Shown here piece by piece: positions 5,778-16,300 of a stretch of DNA of 64,000 bases. Location: the IMG/VR virus record IMGVR_UViG_3300043435_001124; one strand, given 5' to 3'. The notes under the pieces were generated by a model, which was given only the letters and a program-made list of their open reading frames with translations, was not told where the DNA came from and made no database searches. The stretch's first letter is position 1. Each line of letters opens with the position of its first letter. The position numbers were made by a program, and so were the translations under genes. This DNA is from an uncultured virus (IMG/VR IMGVR_UViG_3300043435_001124). Taxonomy: Duplodnaviria; Heunggongvirae; Uroviricota; Caudoviricetes.

Positions 5778-6080
5778 ATGTCTATCGCCATCACCACCAA
5801 CTTCGTTCCCCGCGATCTCATCTCGGCGTTTGAACTTAACGGCGCACAGTATACCAAACTCCGTAAAGAGTTTGACTACATGAATGACGCAGACTTCGAT
5901 TCTGCGATGTTCTTCAAGTACCGGGGGCAAGTGTATGCTCTGGCGGAGTTTCTTCGGACAGAGGGTGATCTACTGGCGCAGGGTTGGCAAGGTATCTGTA
6001 ACCAAACCTATTTCAGCGGTTTGGTCGTTAAGATTGTGCAATCGTGTGAGTCCGTTGTAGTCGGTAGGTATTGCGTCTGA
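5778..6080 (+). CDS. Hypothetical phage protein (100 aa), last gene of the array
   Basis: ORF track; follows copy 18. Confidence 0.85.
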   Translation: MSIAITTNFVPRDLISAFELNGAQYTKLRKEFDYMNDADFDSAMFFKYRGQVYALAEFLRTEGDLLAQGWQGICNQTYFSGLVVKIVQSCESVVVGRYCV

Positions 6081-6085
6081 GTTAC

Positions 6086-6128
6086 ACATAGTGGGTGCTG
6101 AGTTCGTTACACTTAGCACCCACTATGT
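6086..6128. terminator. 18-bp stem-loop closing the array (terminator or RNA-processing site)
   Basis: ACATAGTGGGTGCTGAGT-TCGTTAC-ACTTAGCACCCACTATGT with one G-U pair; no clear U-tail. Confidence 0.6.
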
Positions 6129-6334
6129 TCGTGCTTAAGTACAGTCATTAGTCGTGCTTATGGACAGTGTTTTTAATGATAAGCGATCCTTATGGGCGGC
6201 GCCATGCCGATAAAAATCGATGGGTCCCTGTAACCTACAAATCTTAAGAAACGCGATAGTTATATAAGACTCTCACAAAAAATGCTATAATATTCTAAGG
6301 CACACAAAAAATCCCAGACGAAAAAAAAATCAAA

Positions 6335-6517
6335 GTGAATTACCCCGCCTCTCAAAAAAACCGCGCCCAAAAAAATTCACCAAAAACCCCCTATTGGAAT
6401 TTTTGGAAGGTTGTATTTGCTGGGTGGTTAATTCGTTACCCAGGTAAGGTTTTCCGTATTATTGGAGTACCTCTGGGGTTTTTATTGGTGATGATATATA
6501 ATGCGTTGACAAAATAA
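6335..6517 (+). CDS. Small membrane hypothetical protein
   Basis: ORF track (GTG start); hydrophobic C-terminus; TGcTATAAT at 6283-6291 upstream. Confidence 0.55.
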   Translation: MNYPASQKNRAQKNSPKTPYWNFWKVVFAGWLIRYPGKVFRIIGVPLGFLLVMIYNALTK

Positions 6518-6522
6518 AATAT

Positions 6523-6708
6523 ATGTCTCAAACAATATATCACATATATGCTCGTGGTCAATGCATTTACCATTCACTTAAAGAGGATGATTTTACAACA
6601 ACCTGGGTTGCACTAAATCGCCTCTCAGATCTTCTATCAAATTCTAAAGAACTATCGTACGAAGAAGTAACTTTAGATAAGGAATTAATGTTAAGTTCCT
6701 CGTATTGA
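6523..6708 (+). CDS. Hypothetical protein (61 aa)
   Basis: ORF track; tightly packed on the + strand. Confidence 0.7.
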   Translation: MSQTIYHIYARGQCIYHSLKEDDFTTTWVALNRLSDLLSNSKELSYEEVTLDKELMLSSSY

Positions 6709-6733
6709 CAAAATCTAAATAGAACGCTAAAAT
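6705..6733 (+). promoter_or_regulatory. Sigma70-type promoter
   Basis: TTGACA-N17-TAAAAT; the spacer also contains a TAAATA late motif. Confidence 0.75.
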
Positions 6734-6757
6734 TGACTTGAGGTTTAAATAAAACTT

Positions 6758-7540
6758 ATGGCTAAAGGTTTCACCGTAAAAGCAGCAGCACCAACTCCCA
6801 AGACTGAAGATTGGGATTATGATGCAATCAAAAATAGAATGAAAGGAAAATCAATTGTTTTCTGCCTTCCAGGTAGAGGGTGTTCTTTTACATTTCTCAA
6901 AGCATTTGTTCAATTATGTTTTGATTTAGTTCAAAATGGAATGAGTATTCAGATTTCTCAAGACTACTCATCAATGGTTAATTTCGCACGTTGTAAAGTT
7001 TTAGGAGCAAATGTTCTTCGTGGTCCCAAGCAAATTCCTTGGGATGGAAAACTTAATTATGATTATCAACTTTGGATTGACTCTGATATTGTTTTCAATA
7101 CAGAAAAGTTTTGGCAACTTTGTGATATGGCATTAACAGAACCTGATGAAGAGGGTAATGTGAAAGAGAAAGAAATTGTTGCCGGTTGGTATGCTACTGA
7201 AGATGGTCACACAACCTCAGTAGCACACTGGTTAGAAGAAGATGACTTCCGTAAGAACGGTGGAGTGATGAATCATGAAAATGTTGAATCAATTGGTAAG
7301 CGTCGCAAACCTTTCACAGTTGATTACACTGGATTTGGTTGGGTACTCATTAAGCACGGAGTCTTTGAGAATCTTGAATATCCATGGTTTGCTCCAAAGA
7401 TGCAAGTCTTTGAGTCTGGTGCAGTTCAGGATATGTGTGGTGAAGACGTTTCATTCTGTCTTGATGCAATTGAAAAAGGATTTGAAATCTGGTGTGATCC
7501 ACGTATTCGTGTAGGTCATGAAAAAACTCGTATTATTTGA
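6758..7540 (+). CDS. GT-A/family-2-like glycosyltransferase, conserved cyanophage protein
   Basis: WIDSDIVF (DxD), TGFGWVLIK, GEDVSFC and VGHEK motifs. Confidence 0.7.
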   Translation: MAKGFTVKAAAPTPKTEDWDYDAIKNRMKGKSIVFCLPGRGCSFTFLKAFVQLCFDLVQNGMSIQISQDYSSMVNFARCKVLGANVLRGPKQIPWDGKLNYDYQLWIDSDIVFNTEKFWQLCDMALTEPDEEGNVKEKEIVAGWYATEDGHTTSVAHWLEEDDFRKNGGVMNHENVESIGKRRKPFTVDYTGFGWVLIKHGVFENLEYPWFAPKMQVFESGAVQDMCGEDVSFCLDAIEKGFEIWCDPRIRVGHEKTRII

Positions 7541-7556
7541 TTGGAGATTTTAAACT

Positions 7557-7697
7557 ATGGCAAAAAGACCAAATCTAAGTTCAGATCAAATTGAATCTAA
7601 ACCCAAGTCTACCCGTCAGGGTCTTGGAAAGCATACAAAATATGCTTCAACTTCTCGGAATAAGGCAAGAAAAAAATACCGAGGTCAAGGAAAATAA
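7557..7697 (+). CDS. Small very basic protein (46 aa, MAKRPNL...KKYRGQGK)
   Basis: Hand-translated; GGAG upstream; terminator downstream. Confidence 0.75.
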   Translation: MAKRPNLSSDQIESKPKSTRQGLGKHTKYASTSRNKARKKYRGQGK

Positions 7698-7706
7698 TTC
7701 TCATTC

Positions 7707-7730
7707 ATCCGCTTTATAGGCGGATTTTTT
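7707..7730 (+). terminator. Rho-independent terminator
   Basis: ATCCGCTT-TAT-AGGCGGAT followed by a T run. Confidence 0.75.
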
Positions 7731-7831
7731 ATGTCTTGCATTTTTTATAGATAGATAACAATTGAATTTCTTTCTATGGGGATAGAAACCCCCTTAAAAG
7801 TTCTGATTTTAATTAAATCAGGAGACACACA

Positions 7832-8044
7832 ATGTCAGATAGAAATGTAAATTTTATGAGACAAACTTGGGGAGCGGATCATTTGGATAAAAAAATGCTC
7901 CGTGAAATTAATAATGATTTATTGACACCTAAAAAACATGATTTTCAAATTCAAAATGAACTTCATGAAAAAATTCGCAATGATGAAGATTATGATGATT
8001 GGGAATATGGAACAGAACCTCTTTATGAAGGTAAAAAAAGTTGA
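7832..8044 (+). CDS. Hypothetical protein (70 aa)
   Basis: ORF track; AGGAG SD upstream. Confidence 0.75.
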   Translation: MSDRNVNFMRQTWGADHLDKKMLREINNDLLTPKKHDFQIQNELHEKIRNDEDYDDWEYGTEPLYEGKKS

Positions 8045-8051
8045 ATAAATA
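8045..8051 (+). promoter_or_regulatory. T4-type late promoter
   Basis: ATAAATA upstream of gp25. The TAAATA motif also occurs at 22312, 34401, 35880, 39793, 42935, 44636, 44861, 45822, 48610, 49631 and 57655, each just upstream of a gene. Confidence 0.75.
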
Positions 8052-8073
8052 ATACAGATTTATCTGTATTATT

Positions 8074-8475
8074 ATGCCTCTAGAGAGGATAAGTAAGGGA
8101 TTTAAAGATATAAGTATGACATTTCAGGTTAATCCTCTGAACTATGATCTTATTGGTCTTAAAAATGAATCTGCAATTGCACGTTCAGTAAGAAACCTTG
8201 TATTTACTCTGCCCGGAGAACGATTTTTTAATGAAAATTTGGGTTCTAAAGTAAGTCGTTCTCTTTTTGAAAATATGGATGAGATTTCAGCATCAGTTAT
8301 TCAAGATGAAATAAAAAATACTATTAATAATTACGAACCAAGAGTCAATCTAATTGATGTAGTTGTTTCTCCAAATTATGATGAAAATGAATTTAATGTT
8401 ACTATAAATTACAGAATTGTTGGGATTGATGTTCTTCCTCAACAATTATCATTCGCTCTTCAGTCAACACGATAA
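8074..8475 (+). CDS. gp25: Baseplate wedge subunit gp25
   Basis: GERFF...GS...LFE...YEPRV motif; synteny. Confidence 0.92.
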   Translation: MPLERISKGFKDISMTFQVNPLNYDLIGLKNESAIARSVRNLVFTLPGERFFNENLGSKVSRSLFENMDEISASVIQDEIKNTINNYEPRVNLIDVVVSPNYDENEFNVTINYRIVGIDVLPQQLSFALQSTR

Positions 8476-10385
8476 TGGCATTAGTAAATTTTACAAATTT
8501 AGATTTTGATCAAATAAAATCCTCCATTCGCGAGTATCTTAGGGCGAACTCCAATTTTACGGACTATGATTTTGAAGGATCTAACCTATCAATTATAATT
8601 GATACTCTCGCATATAATACTTACATATCCTCATATAATGCTAATATGATTAGCAATGAGGTGTTTATTGATGGCGCTACTCTTCGCGAGAACGTAGTAT
8701 CTCTTGCAAGAAACATTGGATACGTTCCTCATTCCCGTTCAGCATCCAAAGCAAACATTACATTTTTTATAGACACAACTCAATTTACAACTAATCCTCT
8801 CACATTAACTCTTAAGAGTGGGGTTGTTGCTACTACAAGTACTAGTTTTGGTAATCAAAATTTTTCCTTCATCATTCCTCAAGATATAACTGTTCCGGTA
8901 ATAAATGGAATTGCATTATTTGAAAATGTAGATATTTACGAAGGAACATTTATTGTTAATAATTTCAATGTAGATGCAAATAATCCAAATCAAAAATTTA
9001 TTTTAGAAAATGCTAATATTGATATAGATTCAATCAATGTCTTCGTAAGGGACACACAATTATCTACTGTTAAAAATTCTTTTAAATTATCTAAGAATTT
9101 ATTTGATATAAGTTCAGAATCAAAAGTATTTTTTATTCAAGAAATTGAAGATCAGAGATATGAATTAATTTTTGGTGATGGAATTTTTGGTAAGAAATTA
9201 AACAATTTAAATTACATTGAGGTTTCTTATAATATTACAAATGGAGAAAGTGCAAATGGAGCATCTTCATTCAACTTCAATGGGAGAATTGTTGATAACA
9301 ATAATAGAGTTGTAACAACTGGCATTTCACTTATTACTACAAATTCATCTTCACAAAATGGAAGAGAAATAGAATCTGTAGAATCTATTAGAAAATATGC
9401 TCCAAGAAAGTATTCATCACAAAATCGTGCTGTCACAGCAACTGATTACGAAACCATAATACCTACGATTTATTCGGAAGCAGAATCAATATCAGTCTTT
9501 GGTGGAGAAGATTTAAATCCACCAAAGTATGGTAGGGTGTTTATTAGTATTAAACCAATCAATGGACCATTTGTTTCTAATCAAATAAAGGATAATATTA
9601 AAAGTTCTTTAAGAAGATACTCCGTAGCAGGAATTGTTCCTGAAATTATTGATCTAAAATATCTTTATCTTGAAACAGATACCACTGCATATTATAATTC
9701 AAATTCAACTTTTGAGGCAAACACTATCAAGGATGTTATTTTATCTAACATTAGAAATTATACAAACTCAAAAGAACTTAATAAGTATGGAGCAAGATTT
9801 AAATATAGCAAATATTTAAAAATTATTGACGATTCAAATAGTGCAGTTACCTCAAACATTACTAAAGTTATAATGAGACGTGATTTGGGTGTAGTATTGA
9901 ATACATTTGCAGACTATGAAATTTGCTATGGCAATCAATTTCACATTAAAACCCAAAGTGGGTATAATATTAAATCTTCTGGATTCAATATAGCGGGAGT
10001 TAATGAAACACTTTATTTGACAGACATCCCAAACTCTAATGGATTAACTGGCACTATTTTCTTTTTTAAATTGCAATCAAGTACACAACCAGTAATTGTA
10101 AAAAGAAATGTTGGTATAATTGATTATGTTAAAGGTGAAATAAAATTATATCCAGTTAATATAATTTCAACCTCAAAATCATCATTTTCTAGACCAATAA
10201 TTGAAATATCAGTTATTCCAAAATCGAATGATGTAATTGGATTGCAAGATTTATATTTACAACTAGATATTAATAACATTACGTTAAATATGTTATCAGA
10301 TGAGATTTCTTCAGGTTCAGATATATCTGGATCTTCTTATAAATTTACATCAAGTTACACTAACGGAGACCTCGTAAGAATATAA
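8475..10385 (+). CDS. gp6: Baseplate wedge subunit gp6
   Basis: LDFDQIK...FTDYDFEGS and QNRAVTATDY motifs. Confidence 0.93.
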   Translation: MALVNFTNLDFDQIKSSIREYLRANSNFTDYDFEGSNLSIIIDTLAYNTYISSYNANMISNEVFIDGATLRENVVSLARNIGYVPHSRSASKANITFFIDTTQFTTNPLTLTLKSGVVATTSTSFGNQNFSFIIPQDITVPVINGIALFENVDIYEGTFIVNNFNVDANNPNQKFILENANIDIDSINVFVRDTQLSTVKNSFKLSKNLFDISSESKVFFIQEIEDQRYELIFGDGIFGKKLNNLNYIEVSYNITNGESANGASSFNFNGRIVDNNNRVVTTGISLITTNSSSQNGREIESVESIRKYAPRKYSSQNRAVTATDYETIIPTIYSEAESISVFGGEDLNPPKYGRVFISIKPINGPFVSNQIKDNIKSSLRRYSVAGIVPEIIDLKYLYLETDTTAYYNSNSTFEANTIKDVILSNIRNYTNSKELNKYGARFKYSKYLKIIDDSNSAVTSNITKVIMRRDLGVVLNTFADYEICYGNQFHIKTQSGYNIKSSGFNIAGVNETLYLTDIPNSNGLTGTIFFFKLQSSTQPVIVKRNVGIIDYVKGEIKLYPVNIISTSKSSFSRPIIEISVIPKSNDVIGLQDLYLQLDINNITLNMLSDEISSGSDISGSSYKFTSSYTNGDLVRI

Positions 10386-10389
10386 TAAC

Positions 10390-13300
10390 ATGAGAAAAAC
10401 CAGAATCAAAATCAGTTCAATCATTCAAAATCAACTTCCAGAGTTTGTTAAAGAAGAGTTTCCTCTTGTTTCTGAATTTTTATCACAATATTATATTTCA
10501 TTAGAAAGTGATGGACACACTAGTGATATACTTCAAAATATTGATCAATATATTAAAGTTGATAACTTAGCAAATTTAATTGAATCAACTAAATTATCAT
10601 CAAATGTAACATTTTTTGATACTACAATTAATGTTGATTCAACATTAGGATTTCCGGATTCATATGGACTTATTTTAATAGATTCTGAGATTATTACATA
10701 TACCTCAAAAACGTCTACATCTTTTGAAGGGTGCATTCGTGGTTTCGATGGAACTACATCATACGAAATTAAGGATCAGTTAAGTTTTTCTGAAACACAA
10801 GTAGAAGAACATATCTTATCCACAAAAGTATCTAACTTAAGTATTCTTTTTCTTAAAGAATTTTTCAAGAAAGTTAAAAAGCAAATTACCCCAGGATTTG
10901 AAGAAAGAGAATTATATGTTGATTTAGATGAAAGACTTTTTGTAAAGCAATCTATTGATTTTTATTCTTCAAAAGGAACTGACAATTCCTTTAAAATTTT
11001 ATTTGGTGCATTATATGGACAAAATGTTGAAGTCATTAGACCTAGAGATTATTTAATTCAACCATCTAGCGCACAATATAGAATCACTTCTGATTTAGTT
11101 GTAGAAAAAATCGAAGGGAATCCTGAAGATCTTGTAAATACAACTCTCTACCAAGATGAAACTGAAAATATAAACAGAGCACAGGGAACTATAACTAATG
11201 TTGAAAAAATTAGAAGAGAATCTAAAGATTATTATGTTATAAGTTTAGATTCGGATTATGATAAAGATATACAACCAAGCGGAAGTGTTTATGGAAAATT
11301 TCAAATACACCCAAAAACACGAATAGTATCAGTATCTTCAGTAATTTCTGGATCAACAACACTAGAAGTAGACTCTACCGTAGCATTTCCAAATTCAAAT
11401 GGGAACTTAATTATTGATCTTGATAATGGAACATCTTTAAATGTTACTTATGCGTCAAAAACACTAAATCAATTTTTAGATTGTATTGGAATTACTCAAG
11501 ACATTCCTTCAGCAACAGAAGTCAAATCAGATTTCTTTGTATATGGATATTCTAACGAAGAGATAGTAAAAATTAGAATTCTTGGTGTTTTATCCGATTT
11601 ACCGATACCTGATAATACTCTTTTTTATTCAAAAGGAGATATTGTAAAAATAAAAACTTTAGGTATTGATAGTAAAGATGTTAAAGCAAATAATTGGTTT
11701 TTCAATATTCCGGTAAAATACTCAGTTTCCGGAATTTCAACTTTAGATAATGCTGCTGAAGGTTCATACACCTTTACTGTGCCTGATAATCATTCTTTTA
11801 GATTAGGAGATTCAATATCTTTAATTCCCTCTTCAGGTGATCCACTGATTACAAATATTACTTCTATTAATGATGAAAAATCTTTTAGTGTTTTACTTGG
11901 ATCAAATCAAAATTTAAATATAAATCAAACATATATTGTTCAAAAAAATGTATCTAAAGTTCAGTTATCTAATACTGATAAAAACAAATATCCATCATTG
12001 AGTAAATATACTTCAAATGTTCAAAATGTTTATCTAGATCAAGATTCTTTATATGTTGCTTCACCATCACTTCCAACATATTTAAATATACCATTAAGCA
12101 TAAATGATGGTTCAATATCTTTTAGTGGAACTTTTTTACCAGATGATGCGGATAATTTAAACAAAGGTACTACTTTAGACATAGGTACACATAAGTTTTA
12201 TACTGGAGATTCAATTGTATATAAACCATCATTGGGAAATTCTTTAGGAATTTCAACGGGCGTTTATTTTATCAAAAGAATAAGTGGTACTGAAATAAAA
12301 TTGGCAAGAAGTAGGAATAATATTTTTACTGAAAATTTTATTTCTATAGATGCCGATGTTAAGAATGCTAAATTTGAACTTACAAAGTTTACTTACAATA
12401 ATCTAGATACACAAATACTTGAACCACAAAAATTAATTAGAAAAATTTCCAATCCAGAAATTGATGGAAAAATTTATGAAACTGTACCTGGATTAACTGG
12501 TATTTTTATTAATGGAGTAGAACTTCTTAATTATAAATCAACAGATAATGTTTTTTATGGTCCAATTGAAGATATTGTGGTATCTGCACCTGGTTCAGGG
12601 TATGACGTAATCAATCCCCCAATTTTATCAATTATAGATCCTAATGGATTTGGGGCTAATGGATATTGCTCGGTTATTGGTGGACTGGAGAGAATTGATA
12701 TCATAGATCCTGGGTTTGATTACCTTGAAGATCCTACGATTGATATTATCGGTGGTAATGGATCTGGAGCATCTGCAAAAGTAAATCTAGCAAGTTTTGA
12801 TCATAGTGTTTCTTTTAACTCAATTGGATCTGCAGGTTTAGTAAAATTAAATCCTACAAATACAATTGGGTTTTCTAGTTATCATAAGTTTAGAGATGCT
12901 GAAGAAGTAATTTACGTAACTGATGGACAATCACCTATTGTTGGCGGTATATCTACGATAGGTAATCTACCAACAAATTCAACGTATTTTGTCTCTGTTC
13001 AAGATGCGTATAACATAAAACTCCATAAGTCATTTGAAGATGCTGTTATTGGAATTAACACTATTCAATTGACTTCTTATGGAGTAGGAAATCATTCATT
13101 TAAATCTAAAAATAAAAAGAAAAAAATAGGATCAATCACTATTGAAAATAGTGGAATAAACTATCAAAACAAATTGGTTGCAACTAGTGCAAGTGGTATT
13201 AATACAGCATCAAACACTATTACAGTTTTAAATCATGGATATAATAGTGGTGAAGTTATTACATACAATCCCACCGAAACTGTTATAGGTGGATTATCAT

Positions 13301-16300
13301 CTTCAACTTCTTACTATGTGACTATAATTGATGATGATCAATTTAAATTATCTCAAATTGGAATTGGTACACTAGGTGTTACTAAAAAATTCTATTATGA
13401 TACAAATCAATATGTGAATCTAACTTCCTCTGGTGTTGGTTCTCATAGATTTAATTATCCAGAAATAAGTGTATCTATTAGTGGAAGAATTGGGGTTTCT
13501 ACTCTTTCCGGTCAAAATTTTAATGCTATCGCTCAACCAATCTTTAGGGGGCAAATACAATCAATATTTATTAGTTCTGGTGGATTAAATTATGGTTCTG
13601 AGGATATTATCAATTATAATAGACAACCACTCTTTGAATTAAATTCTGGATCGGGAATTCAATTAACACCGATTATTTCAAATGGACAAATCGTTGATGT
13701 TTTGGTCAATAGTTCTGGAAATGGGTACAATTCTCCACCAAATCTTCAAATTGATGGAACTGGTACTGGTGCAGTACTAACTCCCATATTATCAAATGGA
13801 TCTTTAGTTGAAGTTAAAGTTATATACGGTGGAATTGGGTATAATCACACAGACACTTCAATTACAGTAACGCCAGCAGGATTAGATGCAAAATTTGAAG
13901 CACAAATTAAATCTTGGAAAATTAATTTGGTAGAAAGATTAGTAATAAATTCTCAAATATCTGTTGACGAAGGAATTTTAACTCCAGGACTAAACAGCAA
14001 TTATGGACTTCAATATTCACATGCGTATGCTCCAAAATACCTAAAAAATATAGTTCAGATAGCAAATTCACACTCACCAATTATTGGGTGGGCATATGAT
14101 GGAAATCCAATTTATGGACCATATGGATATGCGTCAAAAACTGGCGGAAAGGTAATACCATTAATTTCTGGGTATGACCTAATAGATTCGCCATCAAGTA
14201 GACCTAGAGAATCAATTTATCCAAAAGGATTTTTTATAGAAGATTATAATTTTGTTGGAAACAAAGATTCTGATGAATTTAATAAATTAGATGAACATAA
14301 TGGAAGATTTGGAATTACTCCAGAGTATCCAAATGGAGTTTATGCATATTTTTCAACTATTAATAGTGTTTCAAAAAAACCAATCTTTCCGTATATAATT
14401 GGGCCTTCATATAAAGCAAAACCAATTGATTTTAATTTTAACAGTTATTCAAATCAAGATTATATTGATATAAATCAAACTAATTGGAAAAGAAATATTA
14501 CTCCATATAACATTTCTTCGTATGATTATTTACTCAACCCAAATAAAATTAAAGAACAAAACTCTATTGTTAAAAGTGTTTTAGAAGGATCTATTGATTC
14601 TATAGAAATTTTTGATGGTGGGCAAAATTATAAAATAAATGATAGATTAATTTTTAATCACCAATCTGGATTTGGAGCAAAAGCAAAAATTTCTTCAATT
14701 AAAGGGAAACAAGTAACTCAAATTAGTGTTGCTACATCATCTTTTAATGAAATTGAGTTTTATCCATATAATCAGTCTTTTATTGGATTTACTTCAATTC
14801 CACACAATTATTCAAATAATGATCTAGTTACTTTTACTGGTAGTAATGATTATAAAAAGTCAGGTAATATAGTAGTTAATACAAATAATCTCACGTTAAC
14901 ATCTGGAATTGGTTCCGCACAATATACTGGAATTATTACTTATTTTAATGTCTCTGGAGATTTAAGTTATCCAAATATCAAAGAAAATGATATCTACCAA
15001 ATTCAAAATGAAAAGATTAAAATTTTAAATATTGATTCCAGATCATCTAGAATTAAAGTTCTTCGTAATCAAAATGGAACTACTGGATTGACTTCATATG
15101 TTGCCGGTATTGGATTTACTGAGAAAACTAGAAAACTAAAACTTAATTTTGGAATTTCAACCACATATAATTTTAATGTTAATAAAGAATTTTATTTTAA
15201 TCCAAGAGAGTCTGTTGGATTAGGAACAACTTCTGGAGTTGGTATTGTTAGCACAATTTATTTTTCAAATCCGGGTGTTGGAGTTACTCAAATTACAATA
15301 CCAACACAATCAATTTATATTGAAAATCACAATTTAAATACTGGAGATTCTTTAATATATTCTTCAAATGGTGGAAATGCTATATCAATTTCTACTAATG
15401 GATCTTCTTCTTTTCAACTAGAAGAAAATTCAATTGTTTATGCTGCAAAAATTTCTAATGATTTAATTGGAATTTCAACTATTAAAGTTGGACTTGGATC
15501 AATTGGAAATTTTGTTTCTGTTGGATCAACATTAAAATCTGGTATTTTATACTTTACTTCGGTGGGAACCGGAAATAATCATAGTTTTACAACAAATTAT
15601 ACAAATACTTTAACTGGAAATATTAGTAAAAATGTAGTTACTGTTTCTACTGCAGAAACTCATGGATTATCTCTACTTGATAATGTAAACATTAATGTAA
15701 GACCGGGAATTTCTACTACACTCGTAGTAAAATATGATGACTATAATAGAAGATTGGTAATTAATCCTAGAACTTTTTCATCTATTGATACTATTAATAA
15801 TATTATTACAATTAATAATCACCAATACTATACTGGACAAAAAGTTATATACACAGCGACAACTCCAGCAACTGGTTTAATCAATTTTGGAATTTATTAT
15901 ATTGTTACTATTGATTCGAATAAAATTAAATTATCAGATACTTATTATGGATCAGTTAAATTACCTCCAGAGATAATTGATATTACAACTTCATATCCAG
16001 GAACAATTTCACCAATCAATCCGCCACTCAATTTAACAAAAAATAAAAGAGTAGTTTTTGATCTTTCAGATTCCTCTCTGTCATTTAACGCCAATTCGAC
16101 AAATTATTCTGCCTTTGAATTTAGATTTTATCGGGATGAACAATTTATTGATGAATTCAATACAACGCAGTCTTCACAAATATTTGATATATCAGGAATT
16201 GGTACAATTGGAATTACTTCCACCGCAAATATTACGTTAACTATTAATGATAGTACTCCGACTAATTTATTTTATAAATTGGTTCCTACTAATTTGGACA

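Larger units (their letters stand above)
81..6080 (+). repeat. Array of micro-gene cassettes separated by 18 copies of a stop/palindrome/hairpin/promoter/leader element
   Basis: Copies start at 81, 446, 713, 1247, 1640, 2095, 2509, 2780, 3118, 3383, 3722, 4073, 4331, 4580, 4868, 5131, 5463 and 5714. Each is followed by an ATG and a short + strand ORF that mostly ends in the next copy. Confidence 0.95.

Noticed and set aside
779..5930. Minus-strand track ORFs in the array (e.g. 2847-3140, 3186-3416, 4504-4845, 5187-5396)
   Set aside because: They are shadows of + strand cassettes; their shared SRVRC ends are just the reverse-complemented repeat.
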